Of a DNA stretch of 64,000 nt, positions 10,333 through 18,887 are shown one piece after another (the first letter of the stretch is position 1; every line of letters begins with the position of its first letter). The notes below the pieces were generated by a model. The model was not told the origin of the DNA. It saw only the letters and a program-made list of their open reading frames with translations, and searched no databases. The position numbers and the translations under genes were made by a program. This DNA comes from Chitinophagales bacterium. GTDB lineage: Bacteria; Bacteroidota; Bacteroidia; Chitinophagales; JADIYW01. The DNA lies in contig JAMLHH010000007.1 in the NCBI GenBank assembly GCA_023957215.1, positions 20,768 to 84,767 of the forward strand, given 5' to 3'.

Positions 10333-11496
10333 TTACTTACCGTATGTGACAGGATTGAATTGATAGCTGTGATGACTGACCGCAACGTGAAAATCTGTCC
10401 ATCCGCCGGTACCTGCCCTTTTGTCTGGACGGTAATAATCGGTAGAAAGAAAGTGTACTCCTTTTTCCTGTGCAGTATTCCATTTTGTATAGTCTCCCGA
10501 TTGGGCTTCATCCGTTCCACCTATCATACTTCTGACTAAAAACCCCTGCCGTACTATATCCTGAATATCATTTTCGTTCGGATCATTTCGCTTGATAAAT
10601 GCGGCATCCGGTTGATCAGGACCTTTTGCATTGGTAAAGATTAATTTTCCTTCCAAAGATTCGTGACCGTCTTTGTATTTTGTACCGATATCTTCATTGT
10701 CAAACATAAACATTACTTTTCCTCTTGCTTCACCCACGGTAGGCCAGCCGTTTTGTAAAACTCCCTCTCTCAGAGTAGGCTTGTCTTTTCTGATATCATC
10801 AGGTTTGATGATTTGCTCTCTCGGAAATACTTGTAGTATCTCGTCTTCCAGCATATCCAAATGTTCTTTGTTCCACGGTTCAGCTTTAGCAAATCCTAAG
10901 AAAGGAATCACATCGCCGGCAGTAGTAGATTTTAATTCTATCATAATAAAAACGGGCAAATGGTCAGGATATTTATCAGACCATCTTTTGATATCTTTTA
11001 AAGCCGAAATAAGGGTATAATAATTGGTGTTAAAATCAATATCGGGTATATGCATGATTTTGAACCCCGGTTGTTTTAATTCTTCTATATGTGATGCGGG
11101 ATTTCTACCTGTCCAAAGATAACCGGCTCTATTATAAAACCTGCCTCCGTTTTTATCGCCGTATATATCTAATTCTACATGTCTGACACCATATTCCCCT
11201 AATTGGTGATATAAATCTATATGGTTATATTCCCATTCTACCAAGCCATCAGGAAGAATAGGTTTGATGAGATCAACTAACTTGCCCAACTCTTGATAGA
11301 TGATAGAGTCCGTAAATTTCCTATAACTATTATGACTACTCAGATATTGAAGTTGGTTGATGCGAAGGTTATTGTCCACCTCTGCATCGTTATAGATAAA
11401 ATGGTCTTCTTCAATAATCGGAGAGGCGGCGTTTTTATCCTTTTTACAAGAAATCATAATGGAAACACAAGCAAATATTAAGAGTAGTTTTTTCAT
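10333..11496 (-). CDS. Ca2+-dependent phosphoinositide-specific phospholipase C-like lipoprotein
   Basis: 387 aa with lipoprotein signal MKKLLLIFACVSIMISC. ...YLSSHNSYR... and ...GVRHVELDIY... match PI-PLC X-box-like motifs. Confidence 0.65.
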   Translation of the reverse strand: MKKLLLIFACVSIMISCKKDKNAASPIIEEDHFIYNDAEVDNNLRINQLQYLSSHNSYRKFTDSIIYQELGKLVDLIKPILPDGLVEWEYNHIDLYHQLGEYGVRHVELDIYGDKNGGRFYNRAGYLWTGRNPASHIEELKQPGFKIMHIPDIDFNTNYYTLISALKDIKRWSDKYPDHLPVFIMIELKSTTAGDVIPFLGFAKAEPWNKEHLDMLEDEILQVFPREQIIKPDDIRKDKPTLREGVLQNGWPTVGEARGKVMFMFDNEDIGTKYKDGHESLEGKLIFTNAKGPDQPDAAFIKRNDPNENDIQDIVRQGFLVRSMIGGTDEAQSGDYTKWNTAQEKGVHFLSTDYYRPDKRAGTGGWTDFHVAVSHHSYQFNPVTYGK

Positions 11497-11619
11497 TTGA
11501 ATGATTGAAATAGATTATAAATCAAGTTAAAACTTATTTTTAAAAATAAAATAATGATTCAATAAAAATAAAAAGATTGCTTAAATATTTTCAGAAAAAG
11601 ATGCCGATAAAATTCCAAT

Positions 11620-12237
11620 CTAAAAATCTATTTCACCCTTCCCTTCACGGACGATATACGGTTCATTCTCGGTACAGTCAATGATAGTTGAGGGAATGAT
11701 GCCTCCTAAGCCACCATCTATCACAATATCTACCATATTGCCAAACTGCTCATTGATGATATATGGATCGGTGATGTAGTCAATAATATCATCATCGTGA
11801 TGAATAGAAGTAGTAATAATCGGATTGCCTAATTCTTCGACGATTGCCCTCGGAATATTGTTGTCTGGAATCCTGATTCCCACCGTTCGTTTTTTATTCT
11901 TGAAAAGTTTGGGAATGGAATTATTGGCACGAAGGATAAAAGTGTAAGCTCCGGGGAGCAATTTTTTCATCAACTTATAAGTTGGAGTGTCCAAACTTCT
12001 TGTAAATTGACTGATATGCCTCAAGTCGCTACAGATAAATGAGAATGACATTTTAGAGGGCTTTACACCTTTGATGAGACAAAGTCTTTCAATCGCTTTT
12101 GCCTGAAAGATATCACAACCGATGGCGTACACGGTGTCTGTCGGATAAATGACCAAACCTCCATCGTTCAAACATTCGGCTACTTGTTTGATCTTCCTTT
12201 CAGATGGATTGTCCGGGTGCATCTCGATAAACATCAA
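11620..12237 (-). CDS. tsaC: L-threonylcarbamoyladenylate synthase (YrdC/Sua5 family)
   Basis: 205 aa. ...GGLVIYPTDTVYAIGCD...KRTVGIRIPDN... is typical of YrdC-domain proteins. Confidence 0.85.
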   Translation of the reverse strand: MMFIEMHPDNPSERKIKQVAECLNDGGLVIYPTDTVYAIGCDIFQAKAIERLCLIKGVKPSKMSFSFICSDLRHISQFTRSLDTPTYKLMKKLLPGAYTFILRANNSIPKLFKNKKRTVGIRIPDNNIPRAIVEELGNPIITTSIHHDDDIIDYITDPYIINEQFGNMVDIVIDGGLGGIIPSTIIDCTENEPYIVREGKGEIDF

Positions 12238-12262
12238 TACAAAGATACGGTTTTAATTTACC

Positions 12263-12382
12263 AATGTAGCAATGTAGTGATGTAGCAATGTAGTGATGTA
12301 GTGATGTAGCAATGTAGTGATGTAGTGATGTAGTGATGTAGTGATGTAGCAATGTAGTGATGTAGTAATGTTGTGATGTAGC
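12263..12382. repeat. Tandem array of 15 octamers (RATGTAGY)
   Basis: Direct reading: aatgtagc aatgtagt gatgtagc aatgtagt gatgtagt gatgtagc aatgtagt gatgtagt gatgtagt gatgtagt gatgtagc aatgtagt gatgtagt aatgttgt gatgtagc. The array ends 26 nt upstream of the tsaC start codon. Confidence 0.95.
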
Positions 12383-12520
12383 GCCGGACATTGACGGTTC
12401 GAGTGTCCTCACCGTCCGGTCATTGAGGTTTGGTCATCGAGCTTGTCGAGATGCTCGAAATGACCAATGTACCAATACAAAATCATTAGACCATGACTTT
12501 AGTCGTGGGATAATGATATT

Positions 12521-12561
12521 CAACCACAAAGAACGCAAAGAAAGCGCAAAGGTCACAAAGG
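12521..12561 (+). repeat. Dispersed intergenic element built from four CRCAAAG units
   Basis: caaccacaaagaacgcaaagaaagcgcaaaggtcacaaagg. A reverse-orientation copy lies at 31897-31935 and a partial copy at 28019-28028. Confidence 0.8.
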
Positions 12562-12583
12562 AGATTCGTACTTTTACCCCCGT

Positions 12584-12676
12584 GGTCGGTGTTCCGCCTC
12601 CGACTACTTTCAGACACCGACTACTTTCGGCAGATTATCTAGAGGAACTATATTGGTTGGTGGCGGAACACCGACC
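12584..12676. repeat. 93-bp element bounded by a perfect 15-bp inverted repeat
   Basis: ggtcggtgttccgcc (12584-12598) is the exact reverse complement of ggcggaacaccgacc (12662-12676). The 63-nt interior holds two copies of ccgactactttc (12600-12611 and 12617-12628). Confidence 0.85.
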
Positions 12677-12770
12677 AAAGGAGAAGAGTGGAAGGTATCT
12701 TTAGATATAGCGGAGTAGAGGAAGATGAGATGAGGATGGAAATTAATATGCTGAATTTCTATATCTTTGT

Positions 12771-13553
12771 TTGGAAAAAAGTACTTATCTTTTGAAATCG
12801 AACTATCTAAAAGATGATCGGTGGATGTTCTTGACTATCTTATTATTATTCATTCTGCTCAAGGAGAGTGATAAGGATTTGATGGCGCAAGATTCACTTA
12901 GAATAGATATGCAAATAGACAGTCTGCTGATGGATAGTAGTAATATTGGGATGAAAGTAAAAGACTCTATTTTGACTGAAAAAGATACTTTAGGAGTAGA
13001 GAAGTTAAAATTGTTGGAAGAAAAGGCAGGAGTAAAAAAAACAAAAAGCAATCTGACCGAGGAGTTGATAAAGAATAGTAAGAAACCGGAAAAAGAGGAA
13101 AAGGTCTTAGATCCTGAGCAGGTTTTTGCTCGTAAGGCGGCTAAGTGGGCGATACTGCCGGGAGGAGGTCAGATCTACAATAAAAAGTGGTGGAAAGCAC
13201 CGATTGCATGGTCTATGATAGGTGCCGGTGTGTACTTTATTTATAATAGTGCAAGTAATATGCGTGTATATAATCAAGCTTTGGATATGAGAAATAGTGG
13301 AAATGTAGATCGTTTTAATGGAGTTTTGTCTGAAGATCAAGTTATATCTTACCGTAACTATTATCGGAGAAATCTCCAATTGAGTATATTTGGTACGGCA
13401 GGACTTTGGACATTGACTATTTTAGATGCCGTGGTGGATGCGCATCTAAAAACTTATGATATATCTGATGATTTATCTATAAAATTTAAACCTAAAGTTT
13501 TAAGAGTTTATAACAACTCTGTACCTTCGTTGGCTATAACTTTGTATTTATGA
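12771..13553 (+). CDS. DUF5683-family membrane protein
   Basis: The C-terminal ...AAKWAILPGGGQIYNKKWWKAPIAWSMIGAGVYFIYN... matches DUF5683. Its position upstream of dapB-lepB is typical of Bacteroidota. The track start is TTG, so the real start is uncertain. Confidence 0.65.
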   Translation: MEKSTYLLKSNYLKDDRWMFLTILLLFILLKESDKDLMAQDSLRIDMQIDSLLMDSSNIGMKVKDSILTEKDTLGVEKLKLLEEKAGVKKTKSNLTEELIKNSKKPEKEEKVLDPEQVFARKAAKWAILPGGGQIYNKKWWKAPIAWSMIGAGVYFIYNSASNMRVYNQALDMRNSGNVDRFNGVLSEDQVISYRNYYRRNLQLSIFGTAGLWTLTILDAVVDAHLKTYDISDDLSIKFKPKVLRVYNNSVPSLAITLYL

Positions 13554-14296
13554 AGATAGCACTGATAGGTTATGGTAAGATGGGAAAAGCGATTGAAGCC
13601 GCTGCACTTGCAAAAAACCAGAAACTCGGTAAAACCCTTTACGAAATAGCTTTAAAAATAGACATAGACAATAGAGATACGCTGACGTTAGAAGAGCTTG
13701 CACAGGTGGATGTCGCCATAGAATTTACTTCTCCAAGTACTGCCATAAGAAATATCAATTGGTGTTTTGAAGCCGGTGTACCGATAGTTGTCGGTACGAC
13801 AGGATGGACTGAAAAGTTAGAGGAAATCCGTCAATATGCAACAACCAATCATAAATCTTTTCTTTTTGCACCCAATTATAGTATAGGAGTTAATATTTTT
13901 TTTGAAATGAACAGAAGATTAGCATCTATTATGAATCAATATGAAGATTATGATATTGATATGCTTGAAGTTCATCATACCGAGAAAAAAGATTCACCGA
14001 GCGGTACGGCCTTACATGCGGCTTTAGATATCTTGAAACGCATGGGCAGAAAGTCAGATTGGGTCAATCAGGCTACCGATGAAAAAGATATTTTACCTAT
14101 CATCTCTGAAAGAGTTCCGAATGTGCCAGGTACGCATGTAGTCAGGTATTTTTCAGAAATTGACGATATCGAACTGAAACATACTGCTCACAACCGAAAG
14201 GGTTTTGCCTTGGGTGCACTTTTAGCGGCAGAATGGCTTTTGGATAAAAAGGGTGCTTATTCTATGGAAGATGTCTTAGGTTTTAATAAAGATTAA
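13550..14296 (+). CDS. dapB: 4-hydroxy-tetrahydrodipicolinate reductase
   Basis: 248 aa. MKIALIGYGKMGKAI..., ...VVGTTGW..., ...APNYSIGVN... and ...EVHHTEKKDSPSGTA... are canonical DapB motifs. Confidence 0.93.
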   Translation: MKIALIGYGKMGKAIEAAALAKNQKLGKTLYEIALKIDIDNRDTLTLEELAQVDVAIEFTSPSTAIRNINWCFEAGVPIVVGTTGWTEKLEEIRQYATTNHKSFLFAPNYSIGVNIFFEMNRRLASIMNQYEDYDIDMLEVHHTEKKDSPSGTALHAALDILKRMGRKSDWVNQATDEKDILPIISERVPNVPGTHVVRYFSEIDDIELKHTAHNRKGFALGALLAAEWLLDKKGAYSMEDVLGFNKD

Positions 14297-14302
14297 TCGA
14301 CT

Positions 14303-15748
14303 ATGCTATCAATATTTTACGCTTATTTGTTATACTGGGTTTTGCATCTTTCTTTATGGGGATTGTTTAAAAAAGCGGGGAAAAGTGCTTGGCATTCCAT
14401 AGTGCCGGTTTTACAGGATATCACTTTTTTGGAAATTCTAGGTAAGAAAAAATGGAACGCGGTATGGGGATTGATTCCATACATCAATTTTCTTTTTAAC
14501 CTAAGCTGGTTAAGCGATTTATTGGATACTTTTAAGGTAGATTCTTTTGCTGCACATACATTGGGTATTTTAGGAGGTTTTATTTATTTTCCATATTTAG
14601 GATTCAAAAATGATGTCCAATATATTGGTGAAGAAGCTGTTCATAACAGAAAGTATAAGATAAAAAGGAGCAGTGTAAGAGAATGGGGAGATGCTATTTT
14701 CTTTGCATTGGTGGCGGCGACGGTTATCCGTACTTTTAATATCGAAGCTTATAAGATTCCTTCGCAATCTATGGAAGGTACTTTGCTTGCCGGTGATTAT
14801 TTGTTTGTCAGCAAAATGCATTACGGAGCGAGAATACCGATGACACCTATTGCATTTCCTTTGGGACACCAAACTTTCCCGATGACGGATATCAAATGCT
14901 ATTTAGACAAGCCACAGTTGCCTTATAAAAGACTACCTGGTTTCCAAAAGGTCAAAAGAGGGGATGCCGTTGTTTTTAACTATCCTGCCGAAGATGGAAG
15001 ACCGATAGATAAGAAGACAAATTATATCAAACGCTGTATAGGACTTCCGGGTGAGACGATTCAGATAGATGAAGGAAATGTTTCGATTGACGGACATGAA
15101 ATTGCCCGACCCGGACATTTACAACACCAGTACATTATAGAGTTAGACCAAAGAGGTTTAAATCCGGAGGCGTTGAAGAAAATCGGGGTTCTGGACAATG
15201 AGATATATCAAATAGCTTCTGATGCTTATGTGATGTTTTTGGAAGAAGGTCAGGCTAAATGTATGGCAGATTTCCCGGGTGTCAAAGCGATAGAAAAGTA
15301 TATCCATACACCTGAGTTTTCACAAAATAGACAAGGAATTTTCCCATCGGATGAATACCACAATTGGACAGTAGATTTTTTTGGCCCTTTGTTGATACCG
15401 AAAAGAGGTCTGAAAATTTCATTGGATGAAACCAATATTGCCTTGTATAGGAGAGCAATAGAAGTATATGAAAACAATCAGTTGACTGTCAGTGGCGGTG
15501 AGATATTTATCAATGGGCAGGTGGCAGATTCTTATACTTTTAAACAGGATTATTACTTTATGATGGGAGACAACCGTCACAATTCTGAAGACTCAAGATT
15601 TTGGGGTTTTGTGCCGGAAGACCACATTGTAGGTAAAGCTTGGATAGTGGGAATGTGTACGCAACCGGGAGTGGGATTTAGAAGTGACCGCTTTATGAAG
15701 CCTGTGCAAAGTGATGCCATACAAAAATCCAAGCTTACTTGTAACTGA
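14303..15748 (+). CDS. lepB: Signal peptidase I (long Bacteroidota form)
   Basis: 481 aa. ...IPSQSMEGTLLAGDYLFVSK... carries the catalytic Ser box, and ...YFMMGDNRHNSEDSRFWGFVPEDHIVGKA... is the C-terminal S26 box. Confidence 0.9.
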   Translation: MLSIFYAYLLYWVLHLSLWGLFKKAGKSAWHSIVPVLQDITFLEILGKKKWNAVWGLIPYINFLFNLSWLSDLLDTFKVDSFAAHTLGILGGFIYFPYLGFKNDVQYIGEEAVHNRKYKIKRSSVREWGDAIFFALVAATVIRTFNIEAYKIPSQSMEGTLLAGDYLFVSKMHYGARIPMTPIAFPLGHQTFPMTDIKCYLDKPQLPYKRLPGFQKVKRGDAVVFNYPAEDGRPIDKKTNYIKRCIGLPGETIQIDEGNVSIDGHEIARPGHLQHQYIIELDQRGLNPEALKKIGVLDNEIYQIASDAYVMFLEEGQAKCMADFPGVKAIEKYIHTPEFSQNRQGIFPSDEYHNWTVDFFGPLLIPKRGLKISLDETNIALYRRAIEVYENNQLTVSGGEIFINGQVADSYTFKQDYYFMMGDNRHNSEDSRFWGFVPEDHIVGKAWIVGMCTQPGVGFRSDRFMKPVQSDAIQKSKLTCN

Positions 15749-15764
15749 TAGTATAAAAGATAAA

Positions 15765-15807
15765 TCAAAAAAGAGGCTGTCTGAATTTCAGACAGCCTCT
15801 TTTTTGA
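15765..15807. terminator. Bidirectional rho-independent terminator between lepB and rplS
   Basis: Perfect 20-bp stem: tcaaaaaagaggctgtctga / tcagacagcctcttttttga around a 3-nt centre. An A-run lies on the left and a T-run on the right. It sits between convergent genes. Confidence 0.85.
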
Positions 15808-15824
15808 TTATTTTATTGAGCGTA

Positions 15825-16175
15825 TTAGAATCTAACCGCTTCTTTGATTCTTGCTGCTTTACCTTTTAACTTGCGTAGATAGTAGATACGTGCTCTACGT
15901 ACTTTACCTTTTTTGTTAATTTCAATTTTGTCAATATTAGGTGAATACAAAGGAAAAACTCTTTCTACACCTACACCGTTAGAAATTTTTCTGACCGTAA
16001 ATGTTTGTGTCAATCCTGAACCTTTTCTTTGGATAACATCGCCACGAAAAATCTGAATACGATGTTTGTCACCTTCAACTATTTTATAGTGAACATTCAC
16101 GTTATCACCAGCTTTGAAGTCTGGAATTTCAACGTTTGGAATAAGGTCTTTTTCGAGTGATTTTATAATGTCCAT
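15825..16175 (-). CDS. rplS: 50S ribosomal protein L19
   Basis: 116 aa. ...[46 protein letters not shown]... is canonical L19. Confidence 0.97.
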   Translation of the reverse strand: MDIIKSLEKDLIPNVEIPDFKAGDNVNVHYKIVEGDKHRIQIFRGDVIQRKGSGLTQTFTVRKISNGVGVERVFPLYSPNIDKIEINKKGKVRRARIYYLRKLKGKAARIKEAVRF

Positions 16176-16198
16176 TTTCTTTTCTTTAAATAGGTGTG

Positions 16199-16229
16199 CA
16201 AATTTACTACAATTTAATTATTATACAAA
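16199..16229 (-). promoter_or_regulatory. Candidate Bacteroidota-type promoter for rplS (TTTG-N19-TAAATTTG)
   Basis: The minus strand reads TTTG (16229-16226), then 19 nt, then TAAATTTG (16206-16199). The motif ends 23 nt before the rplS ATG. It matches the published -33 TTTG / -7 TAnnTTTG consensus of Bacteroides-type sigma-A promoters. Confidence 0.4.
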
Positions 16230-16247
16230 TGTTTTCTTTTAGCTTTC

Positions 16248-16931
16248 TCAGTCTTTATCTTTTAATAATTTTGGTCTCCTCTCTTTTGTACGTTCTACAG
16301 CTTGCTGATATCGCCATTCTTCTATTTTTGCTTCGTGACCACTCAACAGTATTTCCGGTACTTTCCAACCATTAAATTCTGCCGGACGGGTATATACGGG
16401 CGGTGACAAAATGCCGTCTTGGAAGGAATCTGTCAGTGCTGAGGTTTCATCACTCATCGCACCTGGTAACAATCTCCCGATACTGTCTATCAATACAGTT
16501 GCCGCAATTTCTCCACCTGTGAGTACATAATCGCCGATAGAAATTTCTTTAGTGATATAGTGTTCCCTGATTCTTTCGTCTATGCCTTTGTAGTGACCAC
16601 ACAGGATAATGAGATTCTTTTTGAGCGAAAGCCGGTTAGCCGTATTTTGATTGTACAAGTCACCGTCCGGTGTCAAAAATATCACTTCATCGTACTCTCT
16701 TTCTGATTGGAGTTTTTCTATACATTTCACAATCGGCTCTATCATCAACACCATGCCGGCACCTCCACCAAACTGATAATCATCAATCTGTCTGTGTTTG
16801 CTACTCGAAAAATCCCTGATGTTATGGATAAAGACTTGTAAGATACCTTTATCGACGACTCTTTTTAAGATGGAATGACTAAGTGGACTTTCCAATAATT
16901 CGGGTACAGCCGTGATGATATCAAAACGCAT
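16248..16931 (-). CDS. trmD: tRNA (guanine37-N1)-methyltransferase
   Basis: 227 aa. [11 protein letters not shown]..., ...[12 protein letters not shown]... and ...[14 protein letters not shown]...[11 protein letters not shown]... are canonical TrmD. Confidence 0.97.
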   Translation of the reverse strand: MRFDIITAVPELLESPLSHSILKRVVDKGILQVFIHNIRDFSSSKHRQIDDYQFGGGAGMVLMIEPIVKCIEKLQSEREYDEVIFLTPDGDLYNQNTANRLSLKKNLIILCGHYKGIDERIREHYITKEISIGDYVLTGGEIAATVLIDSIGRLLPGAMSDETSALTDSFQDGILSPPVYTRPAEFNGWKVPEILLSGHEAKIEEWRYQQAVERTKERRPKLLKDKD

Positions 16932-16941
16932 CTTTCAAAGA

Positions 16942-17448
16942 TTAAAAGATTTCTAAAAATCCATCCGGTAAATCAAAAATAATTTGATGCTTATCCATAT
17001 TCTGTTCGACTACCAAATCTTCATGCATGGGTATCAAAATCTCCTTGTCTTTGTATTGTACTTGCAACATATCTTGAGAAGGGTAGGACAATATCTCTTT
17101 GATTTTACCTATTTCACCATTGGTCTTGTCAATGACTAAAAAACCGATGAGTGAAGTTTCATCCTCTGATTCGATATTCACATTGTCTTTAGATGTCAAA
17201 AGCGGACATTTGATGAGAGAAGATACATCTTCCTTGCTATTGACTCCTTCTAACTTGAGCAATATCATATCATCAGCTATATCTTCGATAGCTTCTATAA
17301 AATAGGGTGTTATTCCGCTTTTTTCTCTGATGAAAACAGCATCCAATTCAAAAATATCCTCTAATAAGTCGGGCTGTATGAATACTTTCATCAAGCCTTT
17401 TACACCATGCGCTTTATAGATACTACCAATCTCTACTAAATTGTCCAT
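16942..17448 (-). CDS. rimM: 16S rRNA processing protein RimM
   Basis: 168 aa lying between rpsP and trmD. ...GSIYKAHGVKGLMKV... is the RimM N-terminal motif. Confidence 0.9.
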   Translation of the reverse strand: MDNLVEIGSIYKAHGVKGLMKVFIQPDLLEDIFELDAVFIREKSGITPYFIEAIEDIADDMILLKLEGVNSKEDVSSLIKCPLLTSKDNVNIESEDETSLIGFLVIDKTNGEIGKIKEILSYPSQDMLQVQYKDKEILIPMHEDLVVEQNMDKHQIIFDLPDGFLEIF

Positions 17449-17480
17449 AGAGAAGTATGTAAGACTAAAATGAAAAGTTA

Positions 17481-17987
17481 TTATTCAGCAGATACTTCGT
17501 CGCTTTCTTCGGCTACAGGTGCTTCTTCAGTGGTTTCTTCTACTTGTTTTGCTTTTATTCTTGCTTCAGCTCTTTCTTTACCGGCTTGAACAGAAGCTTC
17601 ATAGTGAGCTTTCTTTTTAGCTTTCTCGCCATCTTGTGCTTCAACAATGATTCTGTTTTTGTTAGCAATCCACTCTGCAAACTTCACTTCTGCATCTTCC
17701 AAAGTAAGCACTTCTTTTGCAACACCTCTCAATAAGTGTTTTTTGTACAAAGCACCTTTAAATTGTAAGATAGCTCTTGCCGTATCGGTAGGTTGTGCAC
17801 CTACTTGCAACCAATATACTGCTCTATCCACATTGAGTGAAATTTCTGATGGAACTGTGGTAGGATTGTAAGTTCCTAATTCTTCAATAAATCTACCATC
17901 TCTTTTTGCTCTGCTGTCTGCAGCAACAATTTTGTAAAAAGGTTTTCCTTTCTTTCCGTGTCTTTGAAGACGAATTTTAACTGCCAT
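17481..17987 (-). CDS. rpsP: 30S ribosomal protein S16 with a charged C-terminal extension
   Basis: [42 protein letters not shown] is canonical S16. It is followed by a tail of about 80 aa rich in Lys, Glu and Ala. Confidence 0.95.
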   Translation of the reverse strand: MAVKIRLQRHGKKGKPFYKIVAADSRAKRDGRFIEELGTYNPTTVPSEISLNVDRAVYWLQVGAQPTDTARAILQFKGALYKKHLLRGVAKEVLTLEDAEVKFAEWIANKNRIIVEAQDGEKAKKKAHYEASVQAGKERAEARIKAKQVEETTEEAPVAEESDEVSAE

Positions 17988-18142
17988 TATTCAAATAATT
18001 TATTGTTTTTTAATGCCTGTTTGCTCATACAATGAATACACAGGGTTTACAAACGAGTGCAAAGATACAACTAATTTTCTATTTTTTACTTCTTTGGAAA
18101 TCAGTTGTAGAATATTTCGCTTAAAACGGATGAGAAAAACGG

Positions 18143-18886
18143 CTATTTGATTTTATATTTGGCTCTGATAGTGATACTTGCCGTTTTCTGACGGGCTTTT
18201 GTGTTAAACACTCCGCCATAGCTGTAATCGTCATTATCATTTTGACCCGTGATTTGAAAAACGCCCAAATCCGCACTGACCAAACCATCTAATTTTGAAT
18301 TGGATTTTACAGCTATATTTTTTGCTCTTTGGAGTGCATTTTCGGAAGCATTGGCTATGAGTTCCAATTTCAAATCTTCTAATTTTGAGTAGTAATAATT
18401 GGCGGGTTCGGAACTCAATTCTATACCTTCGGATATCAGGTCGGAGATTTCTCTTGAAATATTATCTATTTTATCGAGATTGTTAGATTCGATACTGACT
18501 TCTTGTGATAAGTTAAAGCCTTTAAATGTCTGATAGTTTTGACCGCTATTGTTGTCATAATGATAATCATATTCTCTGTAAATATTGATGGCTCCAAATT
18601 TAATTTCCTCTTTGGGTATGCCTTGATTGAGAAGATAAGTATTAATTTTCTCTTTATCGGATTTGAGTTGTTCGGATGCTGTTTTTAAATCAATATTGAT
18701 TCTTGAAAAAGTAGCGACCCATTTGACAATGTCGGAATCAAAATTCATTTTGGCACTTCCGGTCACGGAAATATTATTGGAAATATTGTATTTGTAATTG
18801 TATGCTTTTCCCAAAATAAAAGTACCGAGACAGACTGACAACAAAATGAGTATGCCAATGGTGAGTTCTTTTTTCATAGTCGTCAA
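18143..18886 (-). CDS. SIMPL-domain (DUF541) protein
   Basis: 247 aa with an N-terminal TM anchor. The overall pattern (...ISVTGSAKM..., ...RAKNIAVKSNSKLDGLV...) resembles SIMPL/DUF541. Confidence 0.6.
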   Translation of the reverse strand: MTTMKKELTIGILILLSVCLGTFILGKAYNYKYNISNNISVTGSAKMNFDSDIVKWVATFSRINIDLKTASEQLKSDKEKINTYLLNQGIPKEEIKFGAINIYREYDYHYDNNSGQNYQTFKGFNLSQEVSIESNNLDKIDNISREISDLISEGIELSSEPANYYYSKLEDLKLELIANASENALQRAKNIAVKSNSKLDGLVSADLGVFQITGQNDNDDYSYGGVFNTKARQKTASITIRAKYKIK

Positions 18887-18887
18887 T

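Noticed and set aside
12263-12382. Whether the tandem arrays at 12263-12382, 29772-29827 and 31767-31854 are CRISPR arrays.
   Set aside because: The units are 8 nt and contiguous, with no spacers, and there are no cas genes in the window.
12200-12412. ORFs 12200-12412 (HHYITTSLHHYIATSL...), 12423-12704 and 31810-32016 (MYQCINVSMHQC...).
   Set aside because: They are literal translations of the octamer arrays and mosaic repeats. Their periodic peptide sequence mirrors the DNA repeat, and they have no credible start context.
12388-12420. tRNA-like T-loop motif ggttcgagt in cattgacggttcgagtgtcctcaccgtccgg, and similarly at 36155-36170.
   Set aside because: The flanking bases do not form a 5-bp T-stem. 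I could build no acceptor or anticodon arms. The motif recurs as part of a dispersed repeat instead.
17481-17740. The charged C-terminal extensions of S16 (rpsP) and the 110-aa acidic/Lys-rich tail of ParC (35800-36108) as unusual fusions.
   Set aside because: Extended low-complexity tails on S16 and on topoisomerase subunits are common in Bacteroidota. Nothing suggests a separate domain.
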